From Patescibacteria group bacterium (GTDB taxonomy: Bacteria; Patescibacteriota; Microgenomatia; Levybacterales; UBA12049): 64,000 bases of DNA. The translations under genes were made by a program, and so were the position numbers. Of the stretch, positions 1-9,933 are shown one piece after another. The stretch's first letter is position 1, and each line of letters begins with the position of its first letter. The notes beneath the pieces are model-generated. The model did not search any database. It had not been told where the DNA came from and saw only the letters and a program-made list of their open reading frames with translations. The DNA is taken from positions 2,109 to 66,108 of the forward strand of contig DATICB010000020.1 of the NCBI GenBank assembly GCA_035457005.1, in the 5' to 3' direction.

Positions 1-212
1 TTCTGAATCTTTGAAGCGGTATCAACAAATCGTTGTTCGCCTGTGTAGAATGGATGGCAATGTGAGCACAATTCAATATGAATCGTCTCTTGTGTTGAGC
101 CGAGTGTATATTTGGTACCACAGGACGCACAGGTAACTGTTGCGGTGTAGTATGCTGGATGAATTCCTTGCTTCATATGCTAATTATAGCACGAAATAGA
201 TCAGCAAACAAG

Positions 213-1121
213 CTATTTTTTTCTGAAAAACAGGTGGATAGGGTGATACTGTAAGCGCTTTTCTGCCACAAAAATGCCAAAAAAGACCAAAAAAGCACCA
301 AAAATAAAAAGAGGCGTTGGATATTCATGAACCAGAGGGGCTGCAACCAAAACAGCCACAACAGGATCGGTGTAGGTAAAAACAGTTGTTTGGGAGGCAA
401 ACATGTGCTTGAGCGCGAAATAATAAATAGAGTAGGCAAGAAAAGACGAGAAAAGTGCACCAAAGATAACGCCAACGATCCCGGGGTAGAGGAGTTGTGT
501 GGCAAGGCCATACTTTTCAATTTCGCCCGTTGCAGCAGGGAAGAAGGTAATAGTGCCAATAAGAAACGTCCAGAAAACAATCGTGAGAGGATCATAACGT
601 TTGGTAAGGGATTTAATGCAGAGCGTTCCGCCAACTGCGCCAAGAGTTGCTAAAACCAAAAAGAGATTGCCGGCAATAGATGCGCTGTGGGTTGTGTGAA
701 TAAGAGGCTCAAGAATAATAAGCAGTACTCCTGTAAGCCCAATAACATTCCCCAAAAGCATTCGCTTGGAAGGTTTTTCTTTAAGAAAAAGAATTGATCC
801 AAGCAAAATAAATACTGGGCCGCTGGATGAGATGATAGGGGAGTTAATACTTGCTGTTCGCTCGATACCCAGAAAAAATCCACTAATGTTCACACTTATT
901 CCTAAAAGTCCTGCCAAAACAAAAAGAGGGAAATCTTTTAGACGCAAAGGTATTTTTTTGGGAGCAAATATAACAACAAAAAAAATTGGAATAAAAAAAC
1001 GAAGAAATGCCAGGGTGAATGGATGGATGTCCTGAAGTGACCATTTAAAAATTGGTGCAGCAGCGCCCCAAATAACATTGGCAACAATAAGAGCAATAAC
1101 TGCTTGTTTGGACTTAGACAT
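213..1121 (-). CDS. EamA/DMT-family membrane transporter
   Basis: 302 aa, about 10 predicted TM helices, duplicated EamA-like halves (N-term IALIVANVIWGAAAPIFKWSL). Confidence 0.7.
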   Translation of the reverse strand: MSKSKQAVIALIVANVIWGAAAPIFKWSLQDIHPFTLAFLRFFIPIFFVVIFAPKKIPLRLKDFPLFVLAGLLGISVNISGFFLGIERTASINSPIISSSGPVFILLGSILFLKEKPSKRMLLGNVIGLTGVLLIILEPLIHTTHSASIAGNLFLVLATLGAVGGTLCIKSLTKRYDPLTIVFWTFLIGTITFFPAATGEIEKYGLATQLLYPGIVGVIFGALFSSFLAYSIYYFALKHMFASQTTVFTYTDPVVAVLVAAPLVHEYPTPLFIFGAFLVFFGIFVAEKRLQYHPIHLFFRKK

Positions 1122-1302
1122 AGAGCAGACTACTCAAAACTCAGATTAAAGGTTTTAGAGAATATATGTATTATGTAAGCAATTAAGCTATTCATCAAGA
1201 GGAAGAATTACTGCATTGCTTGAGAGCAATTATTCTATAGCATTGGCGGAGGCCAATTCATTGGCAGCAAGATTGCCTGGTGTTGGTAGATAGAAACCAA
1301 TC

Positions 1303-2517
1303 TTATTGCAGTTTTTTGATGACATCTGCAAGAGTGAGTTGCTGTTGGGTTCTTTCTTTTAAATTCTTGAGTGTTACCATATTTTTTTCTTTTTCCTCAG
1401 GGCCAAGAATAATAACGTAAGGAATATCTTTTTGATCGGCATATTTTAATTGTTTTTCCATTTTGGCATCAGACAAATAAAGCTCGGCATTTATATTATT
1501 TGAGCGAAGTTGAGAACTAATTTCTGCAGCGCTAGTTTCTAATTCTTTTGAAAAAATAGTTACCAATACTTTTGTTGTTGCATTCAAAACATCTTGCGGG
1601 AATAAATTCAGTGTGTCCATTGCCTCATATGTTCGGTCAAAGCCAAAAGCAAATCCAGCTGCGGGAATATCTTTTCCTGCAAACATGCCAATCAGCTTGT
1701 CATAACGACCACCTCCACAGATTGACCCAACAGGATATTCTTCTGTTTCTATTTCAAAAATCATTCCTGTGTAGTAATCCAAACCTCGTGCCAGTGTAGG
1801 GGAGAAAGAGAAATTTTCTTCGGAAATTCCAAGTTGTGTTAGTGCTTGAAAAATTTCCCGCAAACGCTCAGTTGGTTTTTTATCAATAATAGATTGCAGC
1901 ACATTTTTTGCTTCTTGCGCGTTTGCACATTCTCCTCTTGCAACTAATTCTTCCATAACACCGTCTTCACCAATTTTTTTCAATTTATCCAAAGTAATGA
2001 TTGTCCCCATAGACAAGCCTTCAAAAACCGATCTGTCATTAATAAGGACGTTAAATTTTTTAAATCCAAGCGCTTTGAGTGCTGTTGCTGCTGTTGCAAT
2101 AACTTCTGCATCGGCAAAAGCACTATCGATACCAACGGTATCAATATCGCATTGTAAAAATTCTCTATATCTTCCTTTTTGCGTGTTTTCTGCTCGAAAA
2201 ACATTTTGAATTTGGTAGCGTTTAAATGGGGTAGGGAGTAAATTACCATATTGTGCAACAAATCGAGCCAAAGGGACTGTCTGGTCATATCGCATTGCGA
2301 CTTTTCTTTTGCCATTGTCCTCGAATCGATACATTAATTTTTCGCCTTCATCGCCATATTTACCGCTTAAAATTTCGTCATATTCCAAAACAGGCGTTTC
2401 CATGCCTTCAAATCCATAGGACTCAAACACTTTCCTAAAAGTGTCTATCATATATTTTCGTTTTCTTGCCTCTGCTGGCAGAAAATCCCGAAATCCTTTG
2501 AGTGTCTGAATATTCAT
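1303..2517 (-). CDS. hisS: histidyl-tRNA synthetase
   Basis: 404 aa; class II HisRS N-term (LKGFRDFLP), motif 3 GGGRYDKLIGMF, C-terminal anticodon-binding domain. Confidence 0.9.
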   Translation of the reverse strand: MNIQTLKGFRDFLPAEARKRKYMIDTFRKVFESYGFEGMETPVLEYDEILSGKYGDEGEKLMYRFEDNGKRKVAMRYDQTVPLARFVAQYGNLLPTPFKRYQIQNVFRAENTQKGRYREFLQCDIDTVGIDSAFADAEVIATAATALKALGFKKFNVLINDRSVFEGLSMGTIITLDKLKKIGEDGVMEELVARGECANAQEAKNVLQSIIDKKPTERLREIFQALTQLGISEENFSFSPTLARGLDYYTGMIFEIETEEYPVGSICGGGRYDKLIGMFAGKDIPAAGFAFGFDRTYEAMDTLNLFPQDVLNATTKVLVTIFSKELETSAAEISSQLRSNNINAELYLSDAKMEKQLKYADQKDIPYVIILGPEEKEKNMVTLKNLKERTQQQLTLADVIKKLQ

Positions 2518-2524
2518 GTTACTA

Positions 2525-2698
2525 TTATACCAAACCTTTCTTTCTTTTTTCTATTCTTCTTGTCCACTGAATACTTTCTCGTCTTCGCGTTTCTCGCTCT
2601 CTTAGCCAACTTTCTTGAGTTAGTCCATATCGTTTTAAGACCTCGTCTGGTGGAGGTGTAACTTGCGATTGACCCTCAATATTATTTTGATTTGTCAT
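2525..2698 (-). CDS. small hypothetical protein (57 aa), basic C-terminus
   Basis: ORF not in the >=60 aa track; packed between LOG stop (2700) and hisS start (2517, 7-nt gap); MTNQNNIEGQSQVTPPPDEVLKRYGLTQESWLRERETRRRESIQWTRRIEKRKKGLV. Confidence 0.3.
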   Translation of the reverse strand: MTNQNNIEGQSQVTPPPDEVLKRYGLTQESWLRERETRRRESIQWTRRIEKRKKGLV

Positions 2699-2699
2699 A

Positions 2700-3245
2700 T
2701 TATCCTCTCCTGTTTTTTGCTAAATTAATTGCTGTTGCGACTGCTTCTGCTGGTGTTTTTGCCTCCACTATTGGCATGCGTTTTCGTCCATCAAAATATC
2801 TTTCTTTAACCATTTTATCTGTCCATCCGCCAAATCCAGTAAGTCCAACCATAGGAATTCCTGCCTGGTAAGCAACAGCGAGCTCATTTAATGTTCCGGA
2901 GCCACCAGAAATACTAATAATTACATCGCAGGAAAGCGCTAGCACAAACTCTCTTCCGCCTCCTCTATCAAGTCCTGTTGGTATGACAATGTCTGCATTT
3001 TCCATGACATCAAATGTTTTACCATACGTTACTCCAACAGCTAGCCCACCAGCCCTTCGTGCACCTCGGCAAGCTGCTTGAGATAGGGAAGACATATCTT
3101 TTTCTGCACCGAAAAAAAGTACAGCATCTAGATTTTCTCCAATTAGGCGTCCTAATTCTTCTGCCGCTTCTTCTGTTTTTTTTGAGTAATCAAGATCGAC
3201 ACATGATCCCATTACGCCAATTTGTATTCTTCGTTCGTTTTTCAT
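2700..3245 (-). CDS. LOG-family (TIGR00730, lysine-decarboxylase-like Rossmann) protein
   Basis: GAEKDMSSL...GGSGTLNELAVA motifs. Start trimmed to MKNERR (GGAG 7 nt upstream), because the first 15 codons of the track ORF are a terminator hairpin. Confidence 0.7.
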   Translation of the reverse strand: MKNERRIQIGVMGSCVDLDYSKKTEEAAEELGRLIGENLDAVLFFGAEKDMSSLSQAACRGARRAGGLAVGVTYGKTFDVMENADIVIPTGLDRGGGREFVLALSCDVIISISGGSGTLNELAVAYQAGIPMVGLTGFGGWTDKMVKERYFDGRKRMPIVEAKTPAEAVATAINLAKNRRG

Positions 3246-3258
3246 AATTTTCTCCATT

Positions 3259-3279
3259 AAAAAACCCGCTTCTGGCGGG
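3259..3279 (-). terminator. rho-independent terminator downstream of TrpR-like gene
   Basis: minus strand CCCGC-CAGAA-GCGGG followed by TTTTTT, 28 nt after the stop at 3307. Confidence 0.65.
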
Positions 3280-3306
3280 TGATTAATTCTCAAGAAACAC
3301 ATTAAA

Positions 3307-3630
3307 TCACGCCGCCGATAGGGAAGCGTGATGACTTACTTTTTTTGATTTATTTATTCTTTTTAACATAAGTTTGTATCCTCCAAATGTTCCATGTAAC
3401 CACTTTGCAATTCGAGCAATTGTTGTACTGCTCATACCTGTTTGCTTGGTAATTTGCTCGTATGGTATTTTTTTATCAAGTAGTCTTACTACCTTCCATC
3501 TATTAGCAAATTCTTTTATTTCTGCTTCTGTTAGTAAATCTCGTAAAAAGCGCTTTGCTTCATCTTCTGTTTTAAGAAGCAAAACAGCTTTTAATAACTC
3601 TTTTGTGTCATTACTTTTTAAACCACTCAC
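3307..3630 (-). CDS. TrpR-like / YerC-YecD family DNA-binding protein
   Basis: 107 aa; helix-turn-helix region ...ITKQTGMSSTTIARIAKWL typical of the TrpR-related YerC/YecD family. Confidence 0.6.
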   Translation of the reverse strand: MSGLKSNDTKELLKAVLLLKTEDEAKRFLRDLLTEAEIKEFANRWKVVRLLDKKIPYEQITKQTGMSSTTIARIAKWLHGTFGGYKLMLKRINKSKKVSHHASLSAA

Positions 3631-3711
3631 TTTATCTAAATAAAGTATAGTACTTTATCTTACTAAAGTCAATAGAGTAAAACAAGGTTAATTTTGCTCA
3701 AATAGAGAAAG

Positions 3712-4713
3712 TTAATGGCCGTCTTCGAGGAAGTGGTGGGAGATACGGTGAAGAATGACCAAGACAACAGCAATCACCGGAACAGCGAAAATAACACCAA
3801 AACTGCCTGCTATTTTGTAGCCAATAAAGAAGGAGAAAATAACAACAACAGGATGAAGTTTTAATGCATTGCCAACAACTCGTGGAAAAACAATATTAAA
3901 AATAATTTGCTGCATAACAACTAGTGAAATCAAAACAAATAGTGCTTTCCAAGGATCCATAAGAAATGCAATAGCAACTGGTGGGACAAGAGCAAAGAGT
4001 CCGCCAACAATGGGAATAATGGTAAGAATGCCTGCGATTAAGGCAACAGATGCTGCGAATCCAACGCCAAAAGCAGTCATAATAATCCACGTTGCAATGC
4101 CAGCAATAACGCCAAAAATAATTTGCACGCGAATAAAAGAGCCAAACGTATTATCTACAACTTCTTGGACGTAGCGTGCTTGTTCGCGATATTTTTTAGG
4201 GAGCAAAAAATAAAGTTCTTTATTAATATTATCTTTATCTACAACAAAATAAAACGAAGCAATAAGCACCATAATAAGGCCGACTAAAAAGCTTCCAATT
4301 GCTGGAATAAGTGTGAGCGAATTACCAACAGCAGTCAATGTAATTTGTGTTGCGCGGTTAACATAATAGGGGAATGTGTGTTGGTACTTTGGCAAGACTT
4401 TGACAAATGCAAAATATTGCGATGTGACAACAGGAATAAAATTAAAAATTGCAAATGCAAAAAGTGCAAAAAAGACAAGATACACAATTGCTGCAGCAAC
4501 TAATTTTGACGTATGCAGTTTTCGTGACAAAAATTCTACAGCTGGGCCTAAAATAAAACTTAAAATCCATGCAGAAAACAAAATAACCAATGCATCGGAG
4601 AAAAAGCCAAGAACATTCCAGACAACCTGCAAAACATAAATGCCCACTGCAACACTTGCCAAGACCAAGAAAGTGGTAATAAGTGTTGATTGTTTCTTCA
4701 GCTCGTCTAACAT
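3712..4713 (-). CDS. AI-2E family (PerM-like) membrane transporter
   Basis: 333 aa, 7-8 TM helices, AI-2E-like topology and conserved C-terminal region. Confidence 0.75.
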   Translation of the reverse strand: MLDELKKQSTLITTFLVLASVAVGIYVLQVVWNVLGFFSDALVILFSAWILSFILGPAVEFLSRKLHTSKLVAAAIVYLVFFALFAFAIFNFIPVVTSQYFAFVKVLPKYQHTFPYYVNRATQITLTAVGNSLTLIPAIGSFLVGLIMVLIASFYFVVDKDNINKELYFLLPKKYREQARYVQEVVDNTFGSFIRVQIIFGVIAGIATWIIMTAFGVGFAASVALIAGILTIIPIVGGLFALVPPVAIAFLMDPWKALFVLISLVVMQQIIFNIVFPRVVGNALKLHPVVVIFSFFIGYKIAGSFGVIFAVPVIAVVLVILHRISHHFLEDGH

Positions 4714-4796
4714 AAAAAGTTAATAGTTATTGGTTCATCGTTTGTGTAAATAAAAACCAATAGCTATCAGCTAGTTTTATGGTAGTAAAAATGCGG

Positions 4797-5876
4797 CTAT
4801 ATTACAATAAGATCTTTCGAGGAATTTGTAAGTTGTTGTAATTTTTTATTGTGCAAAACATAAACATCTTCTATTCTGACTCCTCCCATTGTTGGATCGT
4901 ATGTTCCGGGTTCTAGAGTAAACACTGTATTCTCAAGTAATTTTTCTGGTGAATAAAGAGAAAGGGTTGGTGCTTCGTGGACTTCGAGTGCAACACCATG
5001 TCCTAGTGCATGTGGGTAAACAGGGAAATGCTTTTCTTCCAAAACATCTCGAGCTATCTTATCGACATCTTTTACCAAAATATCTTCTGACATGTGGTTT
5101 TGAATGTAGCCAGCTGCTGCCTGCTGGGATTTCTTTACTGTTTCGTAGAGAGTTCGTTGGTTATCTGTTGGGCTGCCAAAAAAAACAGTTCTGCTCATGT
5201 CAGAAAGATAATTATTATACTTTAATCCAAAATCAAGAAGAACAAAGCTATTTTTTGTCAATTTTTCATCACTTGTCATGTGATGGGGGACAGCAGAGTG
5301 TCTTCCAAATGCAACAATACTTGGGAATCCAATATCTGCTCCAATGTCTTGGGCAATTGCTGTCATTTTTGCTGAAATTTCCAACTCGCTAACGCCTTCC
5401 TTGAGAAAGGGAATTGTTTTTTTAAAAACAACATCTGTTAGCTCACACGCTTTTTGTATTGCTGCAATTTCGTCTGCATCTTTTTGTAAACGGAGGTTTC
5501 GAAGACTCACGCTTTTTAGTTGTACTTTTTCATCTTGCAAGTCGTAATATTCGGCAACACGTAAATCTTTTTCCTCAAATCCAATGACTTTTAAATTTTC
5601 CTGTGTGACAATTTTTTTTACCATTTGTGCATACCAAACATCGGGCGATGTCTCCAAGACAGCAAGATCTGGAGTAAACTTTCTTGCCGCCTCTGTATAC
5701 AAAGGACTGGTAATAAGGTATGTGCTTTTGTTTGTGACCAATAAAAATCCATCATGGTCGACTAAAAATCTGTTAAATCCAGATATATAAAAAATATTGC
5801 TTGTTGAAGAAATAAGAAAGCCATCAACCTGTGTCTGCTCACAGATTTCTCGCAAATGGTCAAGGCGATTATTCAT
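4797..5876 (-). CDS. M24-family Xaa-Pro aminopeptidase/dipeptidase
   Basis: 359 aa; pita-bread fold metal ligand motifs (HGLGHGVALEVHE, D...D pattern), N-terminal creatinase-like domain. Confidence 0.8.
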   Translation of the reverse strand: MNNRLDHLREICEQTQVDGFLISSTSNIFYISGFNRFLVDHDGFLLVTNKSTYLITSPLYTEAARKFTPDLAVLETSPDVWYAQMVKKIVTQENLKVIGFEEKDLRVAEYYDLQDEKVQLKSVSLRNLRLQKDADEIAAIQKACELTDVVFKKTIPFLKEGVSELEISAKMTAIAQDIGADIGFPSIVAFGRHSAVPHHMTSDEKLTKNSFVLLDFGLKYNNYLSDMSRTVFFGSPTDNQRTLYETVKKSQQAAAGYIQNHMSEDILVKDVDKIARDVLEEKHFPVYPHALGHGVALEVHEAPTLSLYSPEKLLENTVFTLEPGTYDPTMGGVRIEDVYVLHNKKLQQLTNSSKDLIVI

Positions 5877-5932
5877 AGCTTATATTTTAGCATGTTCTTT
5901 CGTTCTGACAAAAGAACCAAAGTCTGCCAAGC

Positions 5933-6700
5933 TTATTTCGTAATTGGAGTGAGAGTTTTACCACTCCCGGTTGATGGGGTAATGGGGGCAATATCGGTTG
6001 GGTTAATTAATGTGATTTTTGGATTACTTTTTAAATCTGGGAAAACAAGAATTCTTGATGCAACAATAAGGTTTTTATTTTTAGCGTCTGGAAACCCGAC
6101 AACAAGTACACGGATTCCTGGAGATAATTTAGAAAATCCTGACTTTGCCACACCTGCTGCACTGGTATACGCATTTGTTTTGGTAATATTCTCGACGTCT
6201 ATTGCAATAGACTGGTTGTCAACAGTTGCAATGGTAAAAGTAAAATTGTCTTTATCAACAGTCAGCACTGCTCCTGAAAAAATTTGAGGAAGTTTTAGCA
6301 CATCAATCCAGCGTGCAAGAAGTCTTCGTGAGTCTTTATTATACAGTCCGATAACACCAACAAGTTGCCCTTTTGAAATGTCAGAAATGCCAAAAGACGA
6401 TTTTGCAGACGGGGAAGAAAATTTAGTCAACTCGTCAACATCAACAATTCTATCTGCTCCTTGCATGTCAGTCAGAGTAATTTGTGTTTCGGAGACATCA
6501 CTGACTGTCCCAATAAATCCTTTTTTCTCAACTAAGTTTAATTGTGCAACTCGTGAGGCAATTCTATCTTTAAGATTATTAATTTGTTGCTCGCTTTGGC
6601 TTACCGATGCTGTTGGGGTGGGTGTAGTCGCTGCAAATACAGATTGCATAGAAAGTACACAAAGAAATAATAAAAGAAGTCCGCTCGTAATTTTTTTCAT
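5933..6700 (-). CDS. secreted hypothetical protein
   Basis: 255 aa; signal peptide MKKITSGLLLLFLCVLSMQSVFA, Thr/Pro-rich linker, C-terminal Pro/Thr tail. Confidence 0.5.
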   Translation of the reverse strand: MKKITSGLLLLFLCVLSMQSVFAATTPTPTASVSQSEQQINNLKDRIASRVAQLNLVEKKGFIGTVSDVSETQITLTDMQGADRIVDVDELTKFSSPSAKSSFGISDISKGQLVGVIGLYNKDSRRLLARWIDVLKLPQIFSGAVLTVDKDNFTFTIATVDNQSIAIDVENITKTNAYTSAAGVAKSGFSKLSPGIRVLVVGFPDAKNKNLIVASRILVFPDLKSNPKITLINPTDIAPITPSTGSGKTLTPITK

Positions 6701-6703
6701 AGT

Positions 6704-7156
6704 TTAAAAATCTTCTGTTGTCACATTAACAGTAAGCACTTTTTGGCTTTCCGATCCGTCAGGCATAACAGCGAGAAGAAAAATTCTATTTTCGCCTGTT
6801 GCAAGAGTGACGGTAAGGGAAAATGCACCACTGCTGCTTGGTTTGACAACGGTATCTGTGGTATCTGTTGTTACTACTATAGTTGCTTGTGGTTGGGTTT
6901 TACCACTTACGGTGACAATTTTAGACGAGGTAACAGATTCGTCTGCAGGACTGTCAACAGAAAGGGGAACGGCATTCACGTCTGGTGTTGGTTTTTGCAA
7001 TGTAATGGTTTTGATATTACTTGGAGAAATGGTTTGGGTTGTCTGATAAATATAAAATGCAATACCAGCTACAAAAAGTCCTGCAAAAACTCCAGCAATA
7101 GCAAGTATAATTTTTTCAATTCTCATATATTTGGAGGAGTACGATGTGTAGGACAT
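6704..7156 (-). CDS. membrane-anchored hypothetical protein
   Basis: 150 aa; single N-terminal TM helix, beta-rich Thr/Val ectodomain; stop-start adjacent to 5933..6700. Confidence 0.45.
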   Translation of the reverse strand: MSYTSYSSKYMRIEKIILAIAGVFAGLFVAGIAFYIYQTTQTISPSNIKTITLQKPTPDVNAVPLSVDSPADESVTSSKIVTVSGKTQPQATIVVTTDTTDTVVKPSSSGAFSLTVTLATGENRIFLLAVMPDGSESQKVLTVNVTTEDF

Positions 7157-7211
7157 AATACGTCAACATGTCTTACTTGTCAATCAAACTCCTCTTTGCT
7201 AGTATAGAGAA

Positions 7212-7721
7212 ATGGAAATTGCATACAGTGACGGAGGACTAAGAATAAAAGGTAAGCAAGTAACACTCGCAACACAGCTTGGAAAAAGTAAAACACCAAC
7301 AGATGCGGTTATTCTTTTAGGAAAAAATCATGCAACAGAATTTTTTAGCAATGATGCAGGTGTTGTCTTCCAGGGTGCAGGCGAATACGAAATTAAAGGA
7401 ACAAAAGTAACAGGATTTAAAGCAGGCGAATCGGCAATGTATACTATTCGACTCGAAGGTCTGAGTCTTTTTGTGGGATATGTCTCTGGTGCAGTTGCCA
7501 TGAAAGATAAATTGCACGAGCATGATATTGCAATTTTATTGGCAGATGATGTACTTCCGGAATCAATTATGGGCATATTGAATGCGAGAGTTGTTATTTT
7601 TGCCGGAGAAAAAACAGCAGAAAATGCAAAAGCATTTGAAAAAGAAGGGGCAACTATTAATAAATATGCAATAACAAAAGACAAATTGCCCGCAGAAACA
7701 GAATTTGTTTTCTTAGGATAA
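7212..7721 (+). CDS. hypothetical protein
   Basis: 169 aa ORF with typical local codon usage; no motif I can name. Confidence 0.4.
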   Translation: MEIAYSDGGLRIKGKQVTLATQLGKSKTPTDAVILLGKNHATEFFSNDAGVVFQGAGEYEIKGTKVTGFKAGESAMYTIRLEGLSLFVGYVSGAVAMKDKLHEHDIAILLADDVLPESIMGILNARVVIFAGEKTAENAKAFEKEGATINKYAITKDKLPAETEFVFLG

Positions 7722-7781
7722 TTTTTTCATCTTTGACCTCTTGTTTTTCATGGGAATTGATATACTATTAGTAGTACTTTT

Positions 7782-9128
7782 ATGCTAAAAACAAAAGTTC
7801 CCCCACATAATTTGGAAGCAGAAAGCTCGGTCCTTGGTGCAATTCTTATTGATAAAGATGCGATTAATGTTGCCTCAGAAATTTTATTGCCATCGGATTT
7901 TTATGACGACAAAAATGGAGCAATTTTTCAAGCAATGCTTTCGTTGTATGAAGTAAGAAATCCGATTGATGTTGTCACGCTTTCATCGGAGCTGAAAAAA
8001 CAAAAAGCAAGCGATTTGGTTTCAAGTTCATACATTACCGAATTAGTAAATAGTGTTCCAACAGCGGCAAATGTCGAGCATTATGCACGACTTATTAAAG
8101 ACCAATCAATAAAACGTCGTCTTATTCATTTGGCAGCAAATATTTCTAATGAGTCTTTTAATGAAGAAAAAGAATTGCGCGAAGTTATCGAGACAGCAGA
8201 ATCTGGCGTTTTCTCAATATCCCAGGGCAATACGGTGAGAGGATTTATTCCGATTAAGCAAAGTTTGGCAGCAAGTTTTGACAGAATAGATGAATTGCAT
8301 AAAAAAGGCGAAGGACTTCGAGGAGTCAAAACAGGTTTTGCAGATTTGGATCACATGCTCTCTGGTATGCAGGCTTCAAATCTTCTTATTTTGGCTGCTA
8401 GGCCAGGGACAGGGAAAACAGCAATGGCTATGAATATTGCTCAGGCAATTGCAGTAGAGAATAAAGTGCCAATTGGAATTTTTTCTTTGGAAATGTCACA
8501 AGAAGAATTAGTAGACAGACTTTTGGTCGGGCAGGCAGATGTTGATGCATGGAGACTTAAGACTGGCAAATTGTCCGAATCAGACTTTACCAAATTGTCA
8601 GAAGCAATGGGACAATTAGCAGATGCGCCGATTTTTATTGATGATACACCAGGTATTACTATTTCTGAAATGCGAACAAAGGCCAGAAGACTCCAGTTAG
8701 AGCATAACGTAGGTTTGCTCGTTGTTGATTATTTACAGCTGGTGAATCCTGGCAAAAAAGCAGAAAGTCGTGTCCAAGAAGTATCTATTGTGTCACAGTC
8801 TTTAAAAAACTTAGCAAGAGAGTTGAAAATTCCTATTCTTGCTCTTTCTCAGCTGTCCCGTGCTGTTGAGCACAGGGGTGAGGCAAAGCCGCAGCTTGCA
8901 GATTTGCGTGAATCAGGGGCAATCGAGCAGGATGCAGACGTTGTTATGTTTTTGTATCGTGCAGATCCAGACGCAACAGGAAGTCCATTGCCAATTAATT
9001 TACTTGTTGCCAAACATAGAAATGGTCCAACAGGAGAAGTAAATCTTTTATTCCGAGGAGACAGAATTAAGTTTTATAGCATGGATCATAAAAGAGAAGA
9101 CGCCACAACAAATCCTTCGGCAAATTGA
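7782..9128 (+). CDS. dnaB: replicative DNA helicase DnaB
   Basis: 448 aa; N-term LPHNLEAESSVLGAIL, Walker A GTGKT, RecA-like C-terminal domain; no intein. Confidence 0.9.
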   Translation: MLKTKVPPHNLEAESSVLGAILIDKDAINVASEILLPSDFYDDKNGAIFQAMLSLYEVRNPIDVVTLSSELKKQKASDLVSSSYITELVNSVPTAANVEHYARLIKDQSIKRRLIHLAANISNESFNEEKELREVIETAESGVFSISQGNTVRGFIPIKQSLAASFDRIDELHKKGEGLRGVKTGFADLDHMLSGMQASNLLILAARPGTGKTAMAMNIAQAIAVENKVPIGIFSLEMSQEELVDRLLVGQADVDAWRLKTGKLSESDFTKLSEAMGQLADAPIFIDDTPGITISEMRTKARRLQLEHNVGLLVVDYLQLVNPGKKAESRVQEVSIVSQSLKNLARELKIPILALSQLSRAVEHRGEAKPQLADLRESGAIEQDADVVMFLYRADPDATGSPLPINLLVAKHRNGPTGEVNLLFRGDRIKFYSMDHKREDATTNPSAN

Positions 9129-9202
9129 CACATTGACAAAACTTCCCGCAGTCAGTTTTAATAAATATATAACTAGTTTATTTTAGGGAGGGGGTGAGTG
9201 CC

Positions 9203-9493
9203 ATGGATGATACAACACAAACAACACAGCCAACAGTACCAACAGACATGTCAAGCATGAGTGATGTTGCAGGGATGACCCCGCCACCAGCTCCTGTTAT
9301 GCCAGATCCTGTGTCATCAGCACCCACAGAGCCAAGCGCCATGCCAGCTGCTGCAACACCAGCACCAAGCTCAATGCCAAGTGCACCAGAAGGCGACGAC
9401 GAGGCATATGCTGCAGATATTCTGAATGAAATTTTGGATAGTCTGGATAGAATAGAAGCAAAACTCGAAGCAATGGAAAAAAAGCAAGGATAA
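9203..9493 (+). CDS. Pro/Ala/Ser-rich acidic small protein with C-terminal helix
   Basis: GGGAGGGGG SD about 10 nt upstream of ATG 9203 (the track start 9194 is GTG); followed by terminator at 9529. Confidence 0.5.
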   Translation: MDDTTQTTQPTVPTDMSSMSDVAGMTPPPAPVMPDPVSSAPTEPSAMPAAATPAPSSMPSAPEGDDEAYAADILNEILDSLDRIEAKLEAMEKKQG

Positions 9494-9528
9494 AAATTGC
9501 TTTAAGTTTCTTGAAGAACTCAATAAAT

Positions 9529-9552
9529 CCCGGTAAATTCCGGGTTTTATTG
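9529..9552 (+). terminator. rho-independent terminator
   Basis: CCCGGTAAATTCCGGG hairpin followed by TTTTATTG. Confidence 0.7.
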
Positions 9553-9590
9553 TAATAATTTTGACAGTGGGAAGTATAATCTAGTTATAT
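9550..9590 (+). promoter_or_regulatory. sigma70-like promoter candidate
   Basis: TTGACA(9561)-N18-TTATAT, or alternatively TTGTAA-N19-TATAAT(9575); faces the GC-rich element downstream. Confidence 0.35.
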
Positions 9591-9845
9591 AGTACGACGA
9601 GTTGGGAGGGTAAAGGGGTCCAGGTTACGTTCCTCCTGGGGAGCCACGGGGTGGAGTTGTAATACATGAGCATGATGATCCTCGAGGTTGGGGAAGAGGG
9701 AACTTACGATTTGCAGACCCTGCTAATCCTCGAGACAGAGGGATACAAAGGGGACCTTCACATCATTAATTTGTTCTATTTGTAACTTAACCTTGACTCC
9801 TCCAAAAATAAAAAAAATTCCAGACAAATTGTCTAGAATTTTTCT
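9588..9845 (+). ncRNA. candidate structured small RNA (alternatively a 39-aa ORF at 9666..9785)
   Basis: about 52% GC island 9600-9780 in AT-rich context; internal direct repeats; own promoter upstream and bidirectional hairpin/T-run downstream; strand and identity unresolved. Confidence 0.25.
9804..9836 (-). terminator. terminator downstream of tRNA-Leu (bidirectional hairpin)
   Basis: minus strand CTAGACA-ATT-TGTCTGG stem followed by TTTTTTTTATTTTT, 12 nt after tRNA 3' end. Confidence 0.5.
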
Positions 9846-9848
9846 GTG

Positions 9849-9933
9849 TGGGCGAGGAGGGAGTCGAACCCACATGACCAATTACGATCAAAGGTTTTTG
9901 AGACCTTCGTGTCTACCATTCCACCACTCGCCC
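9849..9933 (-). tRNA. tRNA-Leu (anticodon CAA)
   Basis: 85 nt; acceptor GGGCGAG/CTCGCCC+A; anticodon stem AAGGT/ACCTT with loop CTCAAAA; long variable arm; T-arm GGGTTCGACTCCC; CCA not encoded. Confidence 0.85.

Noticed and set aside
327-1035. Track ORFs 327..653(+), 173..643(-), 650..883(-), 766..1035(+) inside the EamA transporter gene
   Set aside because: Overlapping or antisense frames within a well-supported membrane transporter gene; low-complexity translations with no motif
2700-3302. Full-length track ORF for the LOG-family gene starting MCFLRINHPPEAGFL
   Set aside because: Its first 15 codons are the reverse reading of a terminator hairpin plus T-run (CCCGC-CAGAA-GCGGG-TTTTTT); the real start is the SD-preceded MKNERR
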